Below are positions 37,982-51,195 of a stretch of 64,000 nt of DNA, in pieces. Below the pieces are notes generated by a model, which worked only from the letters and a program-made list of their open reading frames with translations, had not been told where the DNA came from and made no database searches. Source of the stretch: Marsupella aquatica (lineage: Eukaryota; Plantae; Marchantiophyta); NCBI GenBank assembly GCA_973895155.1, contig OZ316892.1:3103223-3167222 (forward strand), read 5' to 3'. The position numbers were made by a program, and so were the translations under genes. Positions within the stretch are counted from its first letter, which is position 1, and each line of letters starts with the position of its first letter.

Positions 37982-39935
37982 GGCGCTCAGATATCGAGGT
38001 AGCTTGAAGCTTGGGTGGATGTAGGACTTCCTACCAAGCTATAAAAGATTCAAGCCACAAGAGTTATTTTCTCATTCAAGTTTATGACATTTAAAGCGTT
38101 TGAACGAAGCAATTTGCTCAGACAAAACCTAAAAGTATCTGCTAGAGCATAATACATAATAAAAAATACTTGGTAAGACTCGCACGCGTCTGTCGACGGG
38201 ACCGGCGGCCCGGACCTGTATGACTTCGATTGTAGCCTGAATGACCTTTCTCGCACATTGTCAGCATTTCTCTCACATTGTCAGCATTTGCTTTCTCTAC
38301 CTCCGTGACTCTCGCACCTTTTGCTTTGAACTCAGACTCACCTTTCTACCTGTAAATCCTTGTTTCCTTGCTTGTATCTCGTGCCCTGCCTTTTTGTTGG
38401 ATTCTGGCCAATACCCAATGTAGAAATGATGAGGGACGGCATAGAAAACTCTTGATAAACATATAAAAGTCCATGTAATCACAGTGTACTCGCTTGGGAC
38501 CCACGTCCAACGTTTTACCCGTCCGTGAGTCGAATGCACCTTGGTCACGCAGGGCATATCTGTAATGAGGAGCCCTCCGGGTCGTAGATTCAACGAAAGG
38601 ATTGTACCAAAAAAGGGCAACAAAGGACACAAAACAATGGCGTGCAAACGTTGCCGCCGTGTGTTCTTCTGTTAATTGTTTCTCATTTTTTGTCATTGCC
38701 TTACACTATTGTACCAGTAGGAATTATTGCAGCAGTAGGGATTGAAAAGTTAGAAATGTAGTTTAATGTTAGAATTATTTTTGGGGTAGGTGCTCAAAAA
38801 GTTAAAAATGTACTTCAATTTTTCTCAATGTGTGAATTATTTTTTGGATCATGCTGGTGACTCATGTAAAGTTTTTTTTACGGCTAGTCTCTCAATTCTG
38901 CCCTTTAGCCTGCCCTCACCTGCCCAAGATAAAAACTTAATTGCAAAATAATTAAATTGATTTAAATTAAAAATTAAAAAATGGGAAAAAGAATCTTGAA
39001 AATTTTAGTTTTGAATATGAATAAAATATATTGTATTTTTTTGGTCAATAGGTTGTGCTTGGATTCTAAGATGCAATGTACAGATGTTATTTTGTGTCTC
39101 CAATTTCTATGTGTAAGACACAAGTTAGTGAAATCAATTATCACAACAACTATATTACAGGGATCACATATAACATGCCCAACAATTACATTGCAAATCT
39201 TACATTAATGTTTTTGCTTCACCTTGACATATTTTTCTTGTCTAAGTGACAACTTTTTTTAATGTTTACATTGATTTCTCCTCAACAACTTTATCTTGCT
39301 TTGACACCTTTAATTTTCTCATCTTGCCATTTTTTTTCACATTGACATCTTTGTTTCATCACCCCATTTTTTCTCAGCCTCTACATCTAGCTTTCCTCAC
39401 TTTGCTTGACATCCTTTTTCTCACCTGAAAATCTTTATCTCACTACACCATCTTTCCTTCACCCTCAACATCTTTCTCTCCTTAATATTTTCCCCTCATT
39501 TTGGGATCTTTTTTTCACCTTGCCATGTTTTCTCTCTGGGTTGACATTTTTTTCTCACTTCAATCATCTTATTTCTTCACCTTGACATCTTTTTTTCTCA
39601 TCTACATTTTCTTTCACTTCGACATCTTTTCCTTACATAACAACAATGTTTGGCATGCACCCAAAACCTGATCTTGTGCGCATCACACATCTTGAGCTCG
39701 TTTTATTATACTGTAAAGATAGAAGTGTACATAGTTACACTTGGCCATTGATGCTTGAGCTCCATCATTCTCCCTAATATAAACTTGCCCTAAACTAGTC
39801 CACTTCCCATACAAGTCCGTTTTGGCATGCCTTGGGTATGACTAGTAGTAAGCAAGGTATCATTTGGCCATGGGTGAAGATGCAATTATTATACACTAAC
39901 TTCTAAAATAGTGATGGCAGGAACTTGAGCACTAC

Positions 39936-40268
39936 TTGGGCATCTCAAATATGAAAAAAAAAACCATCTCACGGGTGGCCCGCGATGTGCTCAGACGCAC
40001 CAAAATTGGGTACAGCCGGGCCTGGATCTTTTCAGGCAATCAAGTTTGAGGGGGGTTGTGGCACTGTGTGTGAATGACAACCTGAGCCAATGACTACTCT
40101 TAAATTAGGACCTCTTTCCCTGGGCCGTCTGTATCAGTCATGACCTCCAGGCGTGACTGCTCGGGCCTCACATTTGGCGCCCGACCAGTCCTTCCCGCTG
40201 CCCCGGCCCACAACACTCCTGGGCGGGCGTGGTCACGAGTGAAAATTGACCTTAGTTGAGACACCCTA
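39936..40268. mobile_element. MITE-like insertion just 3' of the GDSL copy 2 stop codon
   Basis: Imperfect TIRs TTGGGCATCTCAA / TTGAGACACCCTA around a GC-rich core. Sequence at ~39750-39925 is homologous to the GDSL1 3' region (~34630-34780), which lacks this block. No TSD seen. Confidence 0.5.
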
Positions 40269-40281
40269 GTGGAGATGACCA

Positions 40282-43200
40282 TCAAGCGAACAGGTTAGTA
40301 CAGGTCTGGGAAGGGTAGGCCTCCTGAAAAGTGACATTGGTGCCCCACTGAGAAAAGTCGAGGTCGCAGATTTGGGTATAGTTAACACCACCGTCCGTGT
40401 ACTGGCCATTCAACTCAAAGCGGGCCATGATCCTGTAGAAAGCCTCTGTGAAATGAATGCCGTCCCACACTAAGTACTGGTCTGGGTTGGAGCACTTGTT
40501 CGATCCCAGAGATGGGTGCCCACATGGGATTGCCGGATTGTAATTCAGACTCCCCGCTCCAGGAGCTCCACAGCAAGCCGTCCTCGTCAGGGCAGGGTCA
40601 AAACCTGTTATGCAAGGGCACGAGATTAAGATTCTGTCACGATCGGTAAGGTCTGCTGTCTTCTCCATGCGCGTGACCTGTGAGTTAGCACATCTTGGTA
40701 ACAGGTATCTGAAATTCTGCTGACTGATGGAAACCTACTCATATGTGAGAATACTTCACCGTTCGCGTGCCCTGTGAGCACATCTTAGTAACTAGTATGT
40801 GAAACTCTGCTGACTGATGGAAAACCACTCATATGTGAGAATCAAGAGCTTAAGTAGCAAACGAAGGGAGCCGAAACGCTTGAGGCTCTATCAAACATAG
40901 AATTGGCACCCTCAATCAGTTATAAGATCTTTGTGTTTTTTATGAGGACGATTGATAAGATAAGCAAGTGAAAATGCCACTATCATTGATAGTGATTTTA
41001 GGTCAACTATTGACCAGGTCATTTATCGACTGGGAACCCTGGAAAGACATGAAACAGCGGAAGAAAATCACGAAGGAACTCAAAAATACCATAGGTGGCA
41101 GGGTGTTTTCGAATCTCAATGCTGGCGCTGTAGGTGTCAAAGTAGGCGATGTTGGATCCAGTTAGATTCTGACGTAGCTGCTTGATCTGCGAGAACAGTT
41201 GATTGTTGAAGTTCTCAGTAATGCTGTTCACATCGGCGATGCAGCCCAATGAGTCCGTCGTATAGTTACTCAGATACGTGAGGACGACAGTCGAACACCC
41301 GCCCGGCGAAAGGCCGGAGATCAGAAAGTGCCGTGCGCCCCTCTGATACAGAGTCTGCAATTCAAGTACATCACCAAGTCAGAGAGCACATTGGACAGAG
41401 TTGCTTCATTCAATGATTTTCGGGGTTTGGAAGGCTCTGTCCGAGGTATTGGTTTACTTCTCGTGGATTGAAACAATTACAAGGTGGGTACATTAGTGTG
41501 GCCACGACTGCCATGGGCCATCGGAAACAGGGGATTGGGCCATTGGAAACAGGGGACGGATAAAACCCCAGGATTGCTTCATGAGTTTTAAGGCTTCTAT
41601 TTCAATACTGAGTGACCAGACTGTTAACGATCTAGTCGAAGACGCGTTTACTAACAATTTGAATATTTCATAGATGAGCCACGGAGTGTGAAAGTCAGAC
41701 CAAATTGGTCAATAAAAAGCGGAAAAGGGATAGCTAGCAACACACACTGTGGGCCCGCCCCCAGCAAACAATTCTGACGTTTTCGTCTATCAAGTGTTGC
41801 CCTTCAATTTTGCACATTCAACGAATGTCCCATTCTACATTTTGTACATCTAGTTGATGTCCAATAATGCATATACTTACAATGATTGCAGTCACGACGG
41901 CATTGACCGCTTTGGGTACAACGGTATTGTTGACGAAGCTGAAAGATGTACCAGTTTCAATGGGAGGTAAAATGTCATTACCGCCAGTCTTGATAGTATA
42001 CAGCCAACCAGACCACGGATTCTGAAGCGCTGGTAATTCCACATTGAAATTAATGCAGCCTGCGATGACATTGTACCCAGATAGAACGAGTAAGCCTTCG
42101 AGGTTGTTGAGCCTCTAGATGAGGATGTTGGCCCACACAGTACGCGCTTGTTTCTGTTCAATCTCTTCAGAGGCCGGGCTTAGTTACTGGACTGCGACAT
42201 TTCTCTTTTATCCCAAGACTTCAGAATCTCCACATCGACATCAGGAAGTTATCCAGAAGATAAATGTCTAGGAAACTTATTTCCCACGGACTGCGTACTA
42301 GTGCAGCGATGCAATCACTACGTGACTGACTAAACAATCTTTGATGGTTTTCAGGCCGGGCCACGAATATTTACTAGCATCTTTGAAATCTAGCTCTTAG
42401 GCTAAGGACGTATACCTACAGACGATAGGTTTCATACATTTCTCGCTAAATTATTAGAATAATCATGATTTTATTTTGAAATTTTGAACTGGTAGAGCTC
42501 TATGAGATTTGACCTCGCAGATATGGACATCTACTGCAAGAAATAATTTAGTTGCATGAAAATCTGAATTCAAATAGAAAGTTGTTATGATTCCGCACCT
42601 CCTTGCTGTTCAGTAGCGGCCACGCTGTTCTGGAACCTGATGAATTGGGCTGTCTGGAAAGGTGTCAACGCGAACGGAGTCGCTGCTATCGGGCTGACAG
42701 CCGCATTTGATCCCGCACTTGCGAAGTTTACGCCATATCTGAAATCGAATGAAGTGACGGAAAAGTACGCGTCCAGTAGTGGCTTCCGAAAAGCTAGAGC
42801 TGTTTCACGAGAACAAATAAATGAAAAGGAGGGCTTTAGCTGCACAGCAGAATGGAACAATTTCGCGAATTGACCGAACTGAGGTCTTCGCCAAAGCTTT
42901 GAAACAAAGCTAAGATGCTGTTGTCCTCGGAGAATGATTTGTAAGCTGCAACTGTCCGAAACTAGTAAAGTGAAATTGGGACCTCGATCTTTCTCTAGAA
43001 AAACTCGACACTACTGCACTACAATGTCTGTGCTCAGAATTAATGCCTACAGGTCTAGGAACTCAAGGTAATAAAGAAAGAAAGGATTATATCCTGGAAT
43101 ACAAGCTCACAGAAGAAGTCGGGCACGAGGCGCCCGTTGCAGAAACGTTTCGCAGGCTTGCCGAAGAACTTTTCGCCGTAGGGAGGATTCTCAGGATCCG

Positions 43201-43378
43201 TAAAGAAAGGGAACGCATCTAGCAAATTGCCCGTGTCGGTGAAGGAGTCTCCAAAGTTGGCAAAACCTGAGGGGCAAAACGGATTCCAATCATCTGTAGC
43301 ACTCACTGAAGTCATAGCTATAGGCATTACTGCGCCGAGTACCATAATGATACCAAAGGCTCGAATTGCTAGAGACAT
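40282..43378 (-). CDS. GDSL esterase/lipase (SGNH), secreted, 5 exons; copy 2
   Basis: FANFGDSFTDTGN, PPYGEKFFGKPAKRFCNGRLVPDF, YGVNFASAGS, LYTIKTGGND, LYQRGARHFL and VWDGIHFTEA. Same intron positions as copy 1. Confidence 0.93.
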
Positions 43379-45446
43379 GGCGCTCAGCCACTTCGGCAAT
43401 TTGAAACTGTGGCGGGTTTAGGACTTGCTATGGAGCGTAGCAGTAACAAGTTTCAAAGACAGCAAAAGTTGCTTTCTCAATCTCGCTGATTGGAAAAGAG
43501 TCGAAGCAATTGGCATCAGACCAACGAAAGCTGTCGAGGGCATAAGCCTGAATTTGCTATCTGTCCTGGCTAATGGTAGAAATACGTCGTATCTGATTGT
43601 CTCGCGCGCCTCTTTTAAAGACTCTTTGACGACTGAAGGGCCCGACGAACTGAGCTACATGACTTCTTGACTGGCCTTGCAAACAAGTCACTCGAAGAAA
43701 AAAGCTAAAACTTTCTGTCACTAAACTCTTGCTGGCACCTCCTGCTGGCATCACCAGCTTCTATATCTGACTCTGATTCTCCTCGTATCCAATGTAGTCA
43801 GAAAGTACTTCCGTGATGCTCTCACCTTCTAATTTGAACTCAGACGTTGTACGTGTCTCGTGCCCTGTCGTTTAGCTCCATGCCGGCCACTAAGCAATGT
43901 AGAAGTTATGATATAAAAGACGCTCTTAGAATCCATGCAATCATAGTAGTGTTCTCGCTCTGAAGGAGTTCACAAGCTCACGTCCCACCACCTCCGGGTT
44001 TGACTCGTATGTTAGTCTGCCTCTCGGTCATGGCATCGTGTTTATGAGAAGCCCACCGGGTCTTCAGGTCACTCATTCAGTGTCGATGAAGATAAAAGAA
44101 CGCGGAGAAGAAACTCACTAATAAAGCGCCAACATCTTAGAACAAGGAACGGGGGAAAATTGACACAAAATAAAAATCAACTAGACGTATAAACTACCAA
44201 TATAAATTGGACCTCAAATTAAGAGCATTGATGATCATTCTGGGGATGAATCCCTGCTTGTTACTTTGCTATCTCTTGGCTTCGCTGCTTTAGAGAGTGG
44301 CCCTTTAGGATTCTGTCAATACTGCCTTTGTTTGACATAAGATTTTTCTTGCCTGCCTGGCCAGGACCTTTCTCTGGATCGGGCTGGTGGCTTTTTGGTT
44401 ACGGTCTTCCCTCTCTGGTGGAAGTTGTGCCTTACTGTTTCCATGGATTCTGTCCTGCTTGTTTCCCGTGAGTGGGGCTTTCGGGTTTTATGATACTATA
44501 AAACACATTTGAAAACAATTCCAAGGAAGAGCATTGATGATTTCCATTCAATAAGTCACTAAAGTTTGCCACTTTGGTACATACTATTGCCTGGGATTCT
44601 GGGAACCACTCCTCAAGTGAAATGAATTCATCCAGTACGTGACAGCAGAGCACTCCGCATGTGAAGTTAATTTCATCCAGTTGCAGCATGTCAGGTAGTA
44701 CAGTAGGCTACTTGTTCTGTAGTTGGGTGCCTAATTGTCAGTCTTGTGCGTAGGCAATTGGCTTTCATTAGGAATAGATCGAAAATCTGGAAGTGTAGGA
44801 TAGCGTTATGAATCGTTGGCACGAACCCAAGTCCTGCCGAGATCCGCACTGCAAAGAAGGTAAAGAGCAAAGCCTTGCACCTGACGACAAAGGCGATTGA
44901 GGATAGAATTCTGGCAGGCTAGGAATCCGCGATCCAGGCAAGCGGAACTGTGGGTCGAACCTCGCGAATTGTTCTCAAAAGAAACCTGTTTGTTTGGAAG
45001 CTCTCCGAAGCACCTACCATGTCTGACAACTTGATTTCATGTTACGAATGTGGTGCTGAATCATTAGCTTCTGAAATATTTCTTTCACTGACGAGAAGCC
45101 GCACGGAATAATGATTGATGCTAGCTTTGCCGCTCAGCTGCAAGGCATCTGGCAATGGACGCGATAGCAGGCATGGAAGCAGTTCGCACTTTTTCTCAGT
45201 TCAGAACCTCACACGCGAGGAAGAAGCCCGCCGAGGAGTTATATCTTTTTGGTGTGGATGAAGAAGCTATGTTCGCCATCATGCAAGACCAACCACCCCG
45301 CCAATCGATGGAGCACAAGGTAGTTCTGGCAATGGCGCAGAGACAGAGGCCGTGCTCGTTCTGTCGGGCAGCATCCTGATGTCTGTCACAAAGGCAGCGA
45401 TCCCTTCCACTAAGTCAAAACAGCCCGTTCGAAGGGGTTGAAGACT

Positions 45447-45548
45447 GAATTGAAGCAAGCAGCTGAAACAGGGGTTGGAGAGATTGAAGCAAGCTGCTGA
45501 ACAGGGGTTGGAGACCGAATTGAGCCAGCTGCTGAAACAGTTGAAGCT
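45447..45548. repeat. Short ~33-bp tandem repeat in a decayed ORF-like region
   Basis: ATTGAAGCAAGC(A/T)GCTGAA(A)CAGGGGTTGGAG twice, plus a partial third unit. Confidence 0.7.
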
Positions 45549-45844
45549 ACGCAGAATGCTAATTTGGGCGAAGGGCAAGGGAACACTGAGTACTAGCTAG
45601 ACCACCACTGACCAACGATTCCACCATGACCCGCAACATGACGACAGACCTATGTTCAAGCTACTCCATGGATTGTTAATTTGCTGCAGCGCCAACACTG
45701 ATCCCACGGTGAGATGGCTGGCTTGACCAATTTTGTACCGGTTGCAACCAGCTCCGCCATGGCCACTGGAGGACGGGCATTGGACATCAAGGGTATGGGG
45801 AACTTGATGATTGATGAGAATAGAGTTGAGAACATTTTGTATGT

Positions 45845-47474
45845 CACTAGTAGAAAAAGGCGCCTTTTATGACTCAACTACTTAGTATTCACATGATTTC
45901 CAAATGACATTACATCACTCTCTTAATGACTAATGCTATAGGAGTATAGCTAACTTCAATCATTCTTTTCTATGACTCAAAGTTTCTTGATTTGGATGAC
46001 ATTTGTGTAACTGGCATAGTCCTAGTTACCAATAACTATGTTTGGGAAGGGGAATGCTGATGTGAACAAAGAGCTTTGAAAAGGAGTATTTTGAGGTGTT
46101 GCTTGCCCAACCCAAGTTTAATTTCCAATTACAATTTAGTGTTTAGGGTTTTGGAGTTGTCACGTAGTAAAACATTTCTTTTTCTAATTACAATCTACCA
46201 AACATGACATTCATTTCATATGAAGAGTTTAGTCTTATATAGTGGAAAATATTAGGCGATGGGTAACATGTACAAGTCTAGGGAGGGATTTCATGTTGTC
46301 ACGGGTTTAACCAGGACCATCCCCAAGTGAGTTGTGGATGCCAATCAGTTCCTGATGTGTATCAAAATTGCTCTGGAAGCACAATTGAATTCACCGTGTT
46401 CCCGTAGCGTTTACGTAAATGCCTTTGAAAACCATAGGAATTGCGAGCAGGGTTTTGGAGGCCGACTGTCTCGGGGCCAAAAGGATTCGTGAGTAGGGGT
46501 TTGGAGGCCTATCGTGCCATGTTCCGTTTTCCGATCAGGAATCGCAAGTAGGGCTTTGGAGACCTATCGTTGTTTTTGGGGTTGTTGTAAACATTGAGAC
46601 GAGGTGCTGCGAAATGTTGAGAGGAGCAGGTTGGATTTTGCTGCTGGAGGTCTCTCTGTTGGGGAGATTCATTTCTGTCCCTAATTGGTTCATAATCCAC
46701 CTGCCATGTGCATGCCACTGTAGCACACCCGACGCTGGTGGTCAGTGCTGCTGCCAAGCGATATATTTCCAATCATTTCTGTAAGTCGCAAATACTCTAC
46801 TTAGAGCTTGGAAGCACTTACAGAGATGACAAAGTTTAACGTACTGTGTTTACAAATTGGCGGTTCCTCTGGTTTGGGTGACTGAGTTCTTAGTGGTATA
46901 CATAGAGAGTGTTCTTCGATCCTGAATAGTCCACATTTGAGTCTATCATTTTGACTGATTACTGTCTCTCACGATGCCTTAAAACACTTCTAACATGGCA
47001 TATGAGTTTGGGGTTGGTCCCTGGTCACACCTAATGTATGTTAATCTTGTCCATACCTTAAACTAAAAGCACACCTAACCTACATCTTATATAATGTTGT
47101 CTTGAATTACATCTAATTAATGTCACACTTAGCTTATGCTAATTTTGTAGCTACTCTAATTAAAAACACACCTAAGTCCAATCTTATAAAAGCACACCTG
47201 ATTTAAAGAAGAGGATAACAAATATACTTAATTTTTGTTTTACTCATATTTAGTCCATCAAGGATGCTTTGAATCAATGTACATGAGTCTCCCAAGAGAA
47301 AGACAGGGAAAAAACAAATGACAAAGATTTTAAAAGGCAGAATGACCCCTCCCCTTTTTTTTATCCATCCCCTTCAAATACCTTTATTGTACCAAGCCAC
47401 CACATAACCTCAGTATGACCACATCCAAAACATTCAAAAAATAACATAAGTTTTACCTACAACTATTTTCAGAG
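45845..47474 (+). mobile_element. Putative non-autonomous CACTA-like element, left portion
   Basis: Starts CACTAGTAGAAAAAGG at 45845, a typical CACTA TIR form. Internal blocks ~46283-46680 and ~47225-47474 recur at ~50443-51098, in a segment that ends TTTCTACTAGTA at ~52164. Confidence 0.45.
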
Positions 47475-47615
47475 AATAAAATATAATACTCTTCAAAGAT
47501 GCCGTCCACAAGTGCGGACCCCTTTCCTCTCCTCCCACCCTCTAAGTCCTCGTGACAATCAACGGGACCTAGTTACAACAACTGTACATGCCATACCACA
47601 CACACAAATACTTCT

Positions 47616-47646
47616 TGGGCCCTTTTACGGGCCCGCATCACACTAG
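47616..47646 (+). mobile_element. Helitron-like 3' terminus
   Basis: Hairpin GGGCCC-TTTTAC-GGGCCC, 8-nt spacer, then CTAG|T. Confidence 0.55.
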
Positions 47647-47878
47647 TGCATGAACAAAGTTCAGCCAATCATAAAATCGTGTAAGAAATGGTCCACGTCC
47701 AGATTGGTGGGCGTTAGACCGTGAGGTGTGCCTAGATAGGATCAAGGCCAGCTTTAGACCATGAGGTGTGATACGTAGGATCAATGCCCCGCACATCCCT
47801 AGTAGGCATATCATAGGTTGACTTGCCCATGCCTAGGGGCTGCCACTCTGGTATAAAGTCTCATCCCTCACACAACAT

Positions 47879-48025
47879 CCCACACTCTTGAATTACTCTC
47901 ATCAACCTCGTTCCCATTCTTTTATTTCCCACTCTTGAATTACTCTTCGTTCCCATTCTTTTTATTTCCCACTCTTGAATTACTCTCATCAATCTCGTTC
48001 CCATTCTTTATTTCCCACTCTTGAA
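47879..48025. repeat. Minisatellite, ~40-50 bp unit, about 3.3 copies
   Basis: CACTCTTGAATTACTCT...TCGTTCCCATTCTTT(T)TATTTCC repeated. Confidence 0.85.
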
Positions 48026-48375
48026 TAATGGATTGGGGATTCCTATATCAGTTGGCTGTGGTGACGGTTTGTAGTCAAATGGTTGCTTGGTCCCCTTCGA
48101 TACGGTTTATATCACGAGTGTCAAAGTGGGAGGCAATAGGAAATACGTCTCTTGGCATCACAATTATGATGCTTGTAGTTTACGTGACATGCGACTTTCA
48201 CATATGTGCGCTCTTCGCAAAGACGCGCATGGTAATCCGACGCTTGATTCAACAACATATGCACCACAGCTCCTTGAGATGGGAGATTGACCCCGACGGT
48301 GGCCGAAGACAAGACTGAGGCCTGAGCTAAGAGAGGCTTGAGCTATGATTTTTACTGCATAGTGGTGCATGACGA
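47985..48375 (+). repeat. Duplicated coding-like fragment of unknown origin; second copy ~56155-56556
   Basis: Both copies encode ...NGCLVPF(D/N)T..ITSV..GGN(R/K)KY(V/I)SWHHNY(D/A)ACSLR.M with different stop codons. Confidence 0.8.
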
Positions 48376-49559
48376 TAGTCTTCTGAATCCAGGTCTGTTG
48401 TTCGCAGATGCTTTCATTACCATGATCATCCCTCGAGCAAAGACCGAAAGAGTTTTCGATACAGCTGATGGAGACGTCCTCACATGGTCCTTCAAACTCT
48501 GTGAGCCGTCGGACGTGCACGACTCATAATTGCAACTCTTGCTGAGACGGGGTAATAGGAGCTATGAAGAATGAGTAGAACAGTGACCGTCTCATATATC
48601 CGGATGACGAGTTTATCGGGTTAGAAGAAGAACCATCTCAACGACTTTATCGGGTTACATATCAGGATGAGGAATGTATCGGGTTGCAAGCAAAAGCACC
48701 AGAACAACGACGCCAATTGATGCACGAGGAACACTCTCGGACTTATCTCAAAAATTCATTGCCATCCAGAAGCCCGCCGCCATCAACCTCAATTTCGCAA
48801 CTTCATCGAGCAAGCTGCATAGCATACGGCGACATAGTGTAGGTAGAATAAATAGCCTTTGAGCGCTGCGGACACAGGCACGCAACAGCAGGTGCACTAG
48901 AGACAGAGTTCAATGGCACGCAACGGCAGGTGCACTAGAGATAGAGTTCAATGTCGGGAACAACATTACATTGCACATTTATTATTCTTTTGCACCCAAA
49001 TTACTAGGTGCTGATGAGAAGCGAGAAGTTTGGTTATGACTTCGAATATTGATTATTACGTCGGCACCATGTTTGGGATAGAGGAATTGATGGGCTGGTT
49101 CTGTTAAACCGTTTCATTTAGTCATCATTGTGTTTCTGCGCAGCAGTTCATGTCTGAGGAATTGCAGGGGACCAGTGGGCATCGAACTCGAGGCGAAAAA
49201 CGTGGGCTGCTGTCCTCAGCGAATCGCCTGTCGTTGGCGGCGGCGGAAAACATTCCAAAACTCTTTGACAACCGATGGTGCCTGGCAACCACATTAGAGC
49301 TGCTAGAGCACATGAACGCGTACAAGGTCCGTTGCATTGGCGAGGACGTGGAGAAGACGAAAGCGATCGCGATTCACCTGACCAATCCTCGCGGTCTGGA
49401 GCTGAGAAGACTCGAGCGGAGCTGCATGGTGCTTTCTGTTTCGCTTCACCAAACACCTGAGCTTAGAGTCAACTAGTTTATAAGTTCATGTAGTGTAAGT
49501 ATTTCCAAGCGGGAGTAGAGTATATATCATACTTTTGCTTGAGACAAATGTATATCATA

Positions 49560-50425
49560 CTTTTGCTTGAGACAAATGACAGGCTAGGTAGACTATCAGA
49601 GATCGTACAAGTCGGTCTGATCGACCAGTCTGTGAGATAGTTGCCAGGCTTGGATTAGAAGGCATCAGTTTGAAGTGGATGATTTGAAATAGCTAGTCAT
49701 TTATCACTCATCGCAAGCTGATTGTACTCTGCTCTACATTTGAGATTTGTCACGCGGCCCACAGTGTAAAATATGACAGTGCCCACCTCCTCAATTGTGC
49801 CTTTAAATCCTTGTCTAAGATGGTTTTGTCTAAGATGGTTCGAAGGACACAATCCCACGCACCTTCGCAACCACCTAAATTGGAACATGTACCCCATGCC
49901 TGCAGACCTCTCTGTCTTCTCCTATTCGAATTCGAGAAAACTTTACCACAACTGCATCTATTGGATCCATGACGAGGTGGCACGCTTGTGAGTGCCCATC
50001 CTCAGCTCATCATCCCCGCCCTTGCGCTCACGCCACGACATTCTTTCACGGCATGGTACCAATTCCACCAGGAGGAGGATTTGACCGAGGGATTTGACTG
50101 CCATCCTGGGGAGGGGAAATCATTGGCATAGCATGGAGCCAATTCCACAAGGAGAGGAATTGACTGCCATCCTGGTGAGGGGAATTGAGACGTAGAACCT
50201 AAGTACACATCACTGACTCGCTGCTAACTTGAGACAAGAGTGGTCATTAAGAAGTGTTTAACAAACTGTTGTAAGGGGCGGTCGCCACGTTGCGCCCCCA
50301 AACAAAAGAGCCTGATTTCATTGTTAGGCGATGAACATTGTCTGAACGAATCACTTACATGTCAGTAACTACATTCAGGCACTAGCATTGTTTCTTGCAT
50401 TTTTAAGAAATTCATCCAAGAGCAC
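49560..50425 (+). repeat. Direct duplication of ~52170-53002 (third copy of the GDSL-downstream block)
   Basis: Near-identical from CTTTTGCTTGAGACAAATGACAGGCTAGG to TTTAAGAAATTCAT. Also homologous to ~33415-34100. Confidence 0.9.
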
Positions 50426-51195
50426 AACCCTTCCTGAATTTAGGGTTTTCATGTTGTCAGGGGTTTAACCAGGACCATCCCCAAGTGAGTTGTGGATGCC
50501 AATCAGTTTCTAATGTGTATCAAAATTGCTCTGGAAGCACTATTGAATTCACCGTGTTCCCGTAGCGTTCATACACGTAAATGCCTTTGAAAACCATAGG
50601 AATTGCGAGCAGGGTTTTGAAGGCCGACTGTCTCGGGCCGGGCCAAAAGGATTCGTGAGTAGGGGTTTGGAGGCCTGTCGTGCCATGTTCCGTTTTACGA
50701 TCAGAAATCGCAAGTAGGGCTTTGGAGGCCTATCGTTTTTCGATCAGTTGTTTTTTGGGTTGTTGCAAACATTGAGACGAGGTGCTGCGAAATGTTGAGA
50801 GGAGCAGGTTGGATTCTGCTGCAGCTGGAGGTCGGTCTGTGGGGAGGTTCGTTTCTGTTTAATAATATGAAAAAATATCTTTTAATTTTTTTTTACTCAT
50901 ATTTAGTCCATCAAGGATGCTTTGAATGAGCGTACATGAATCTCCCAAGAGAAACTAAGGAAAAAACAAATGACAAAGATTTTTAAAAAACCCCTCCCCT
51001 CTTGTTTATCCATGATCCCCTTCAAATACCTTTAGGCACCACATAACCTCACTATGACCACTTCCAAAGCATTAAAAAATAACATACTATTTTCAGAGCC
51101 CACAGCCATCAACCCTTTCCCCAAGTACTTATGTGCTTCCCCTTGGCTGTTTGGGTATCTTAGTCACGCTAGATAGTTTTATCAACAACACACAA

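Noticed and set aside
47641-47648. CACTAGTG as the right TIR pairing with 45845
   Set aside because: Preceding bases do not match TTTTTCTA and there is no TSD; the hairpin plus CTAG|T fits a Helitron end better.
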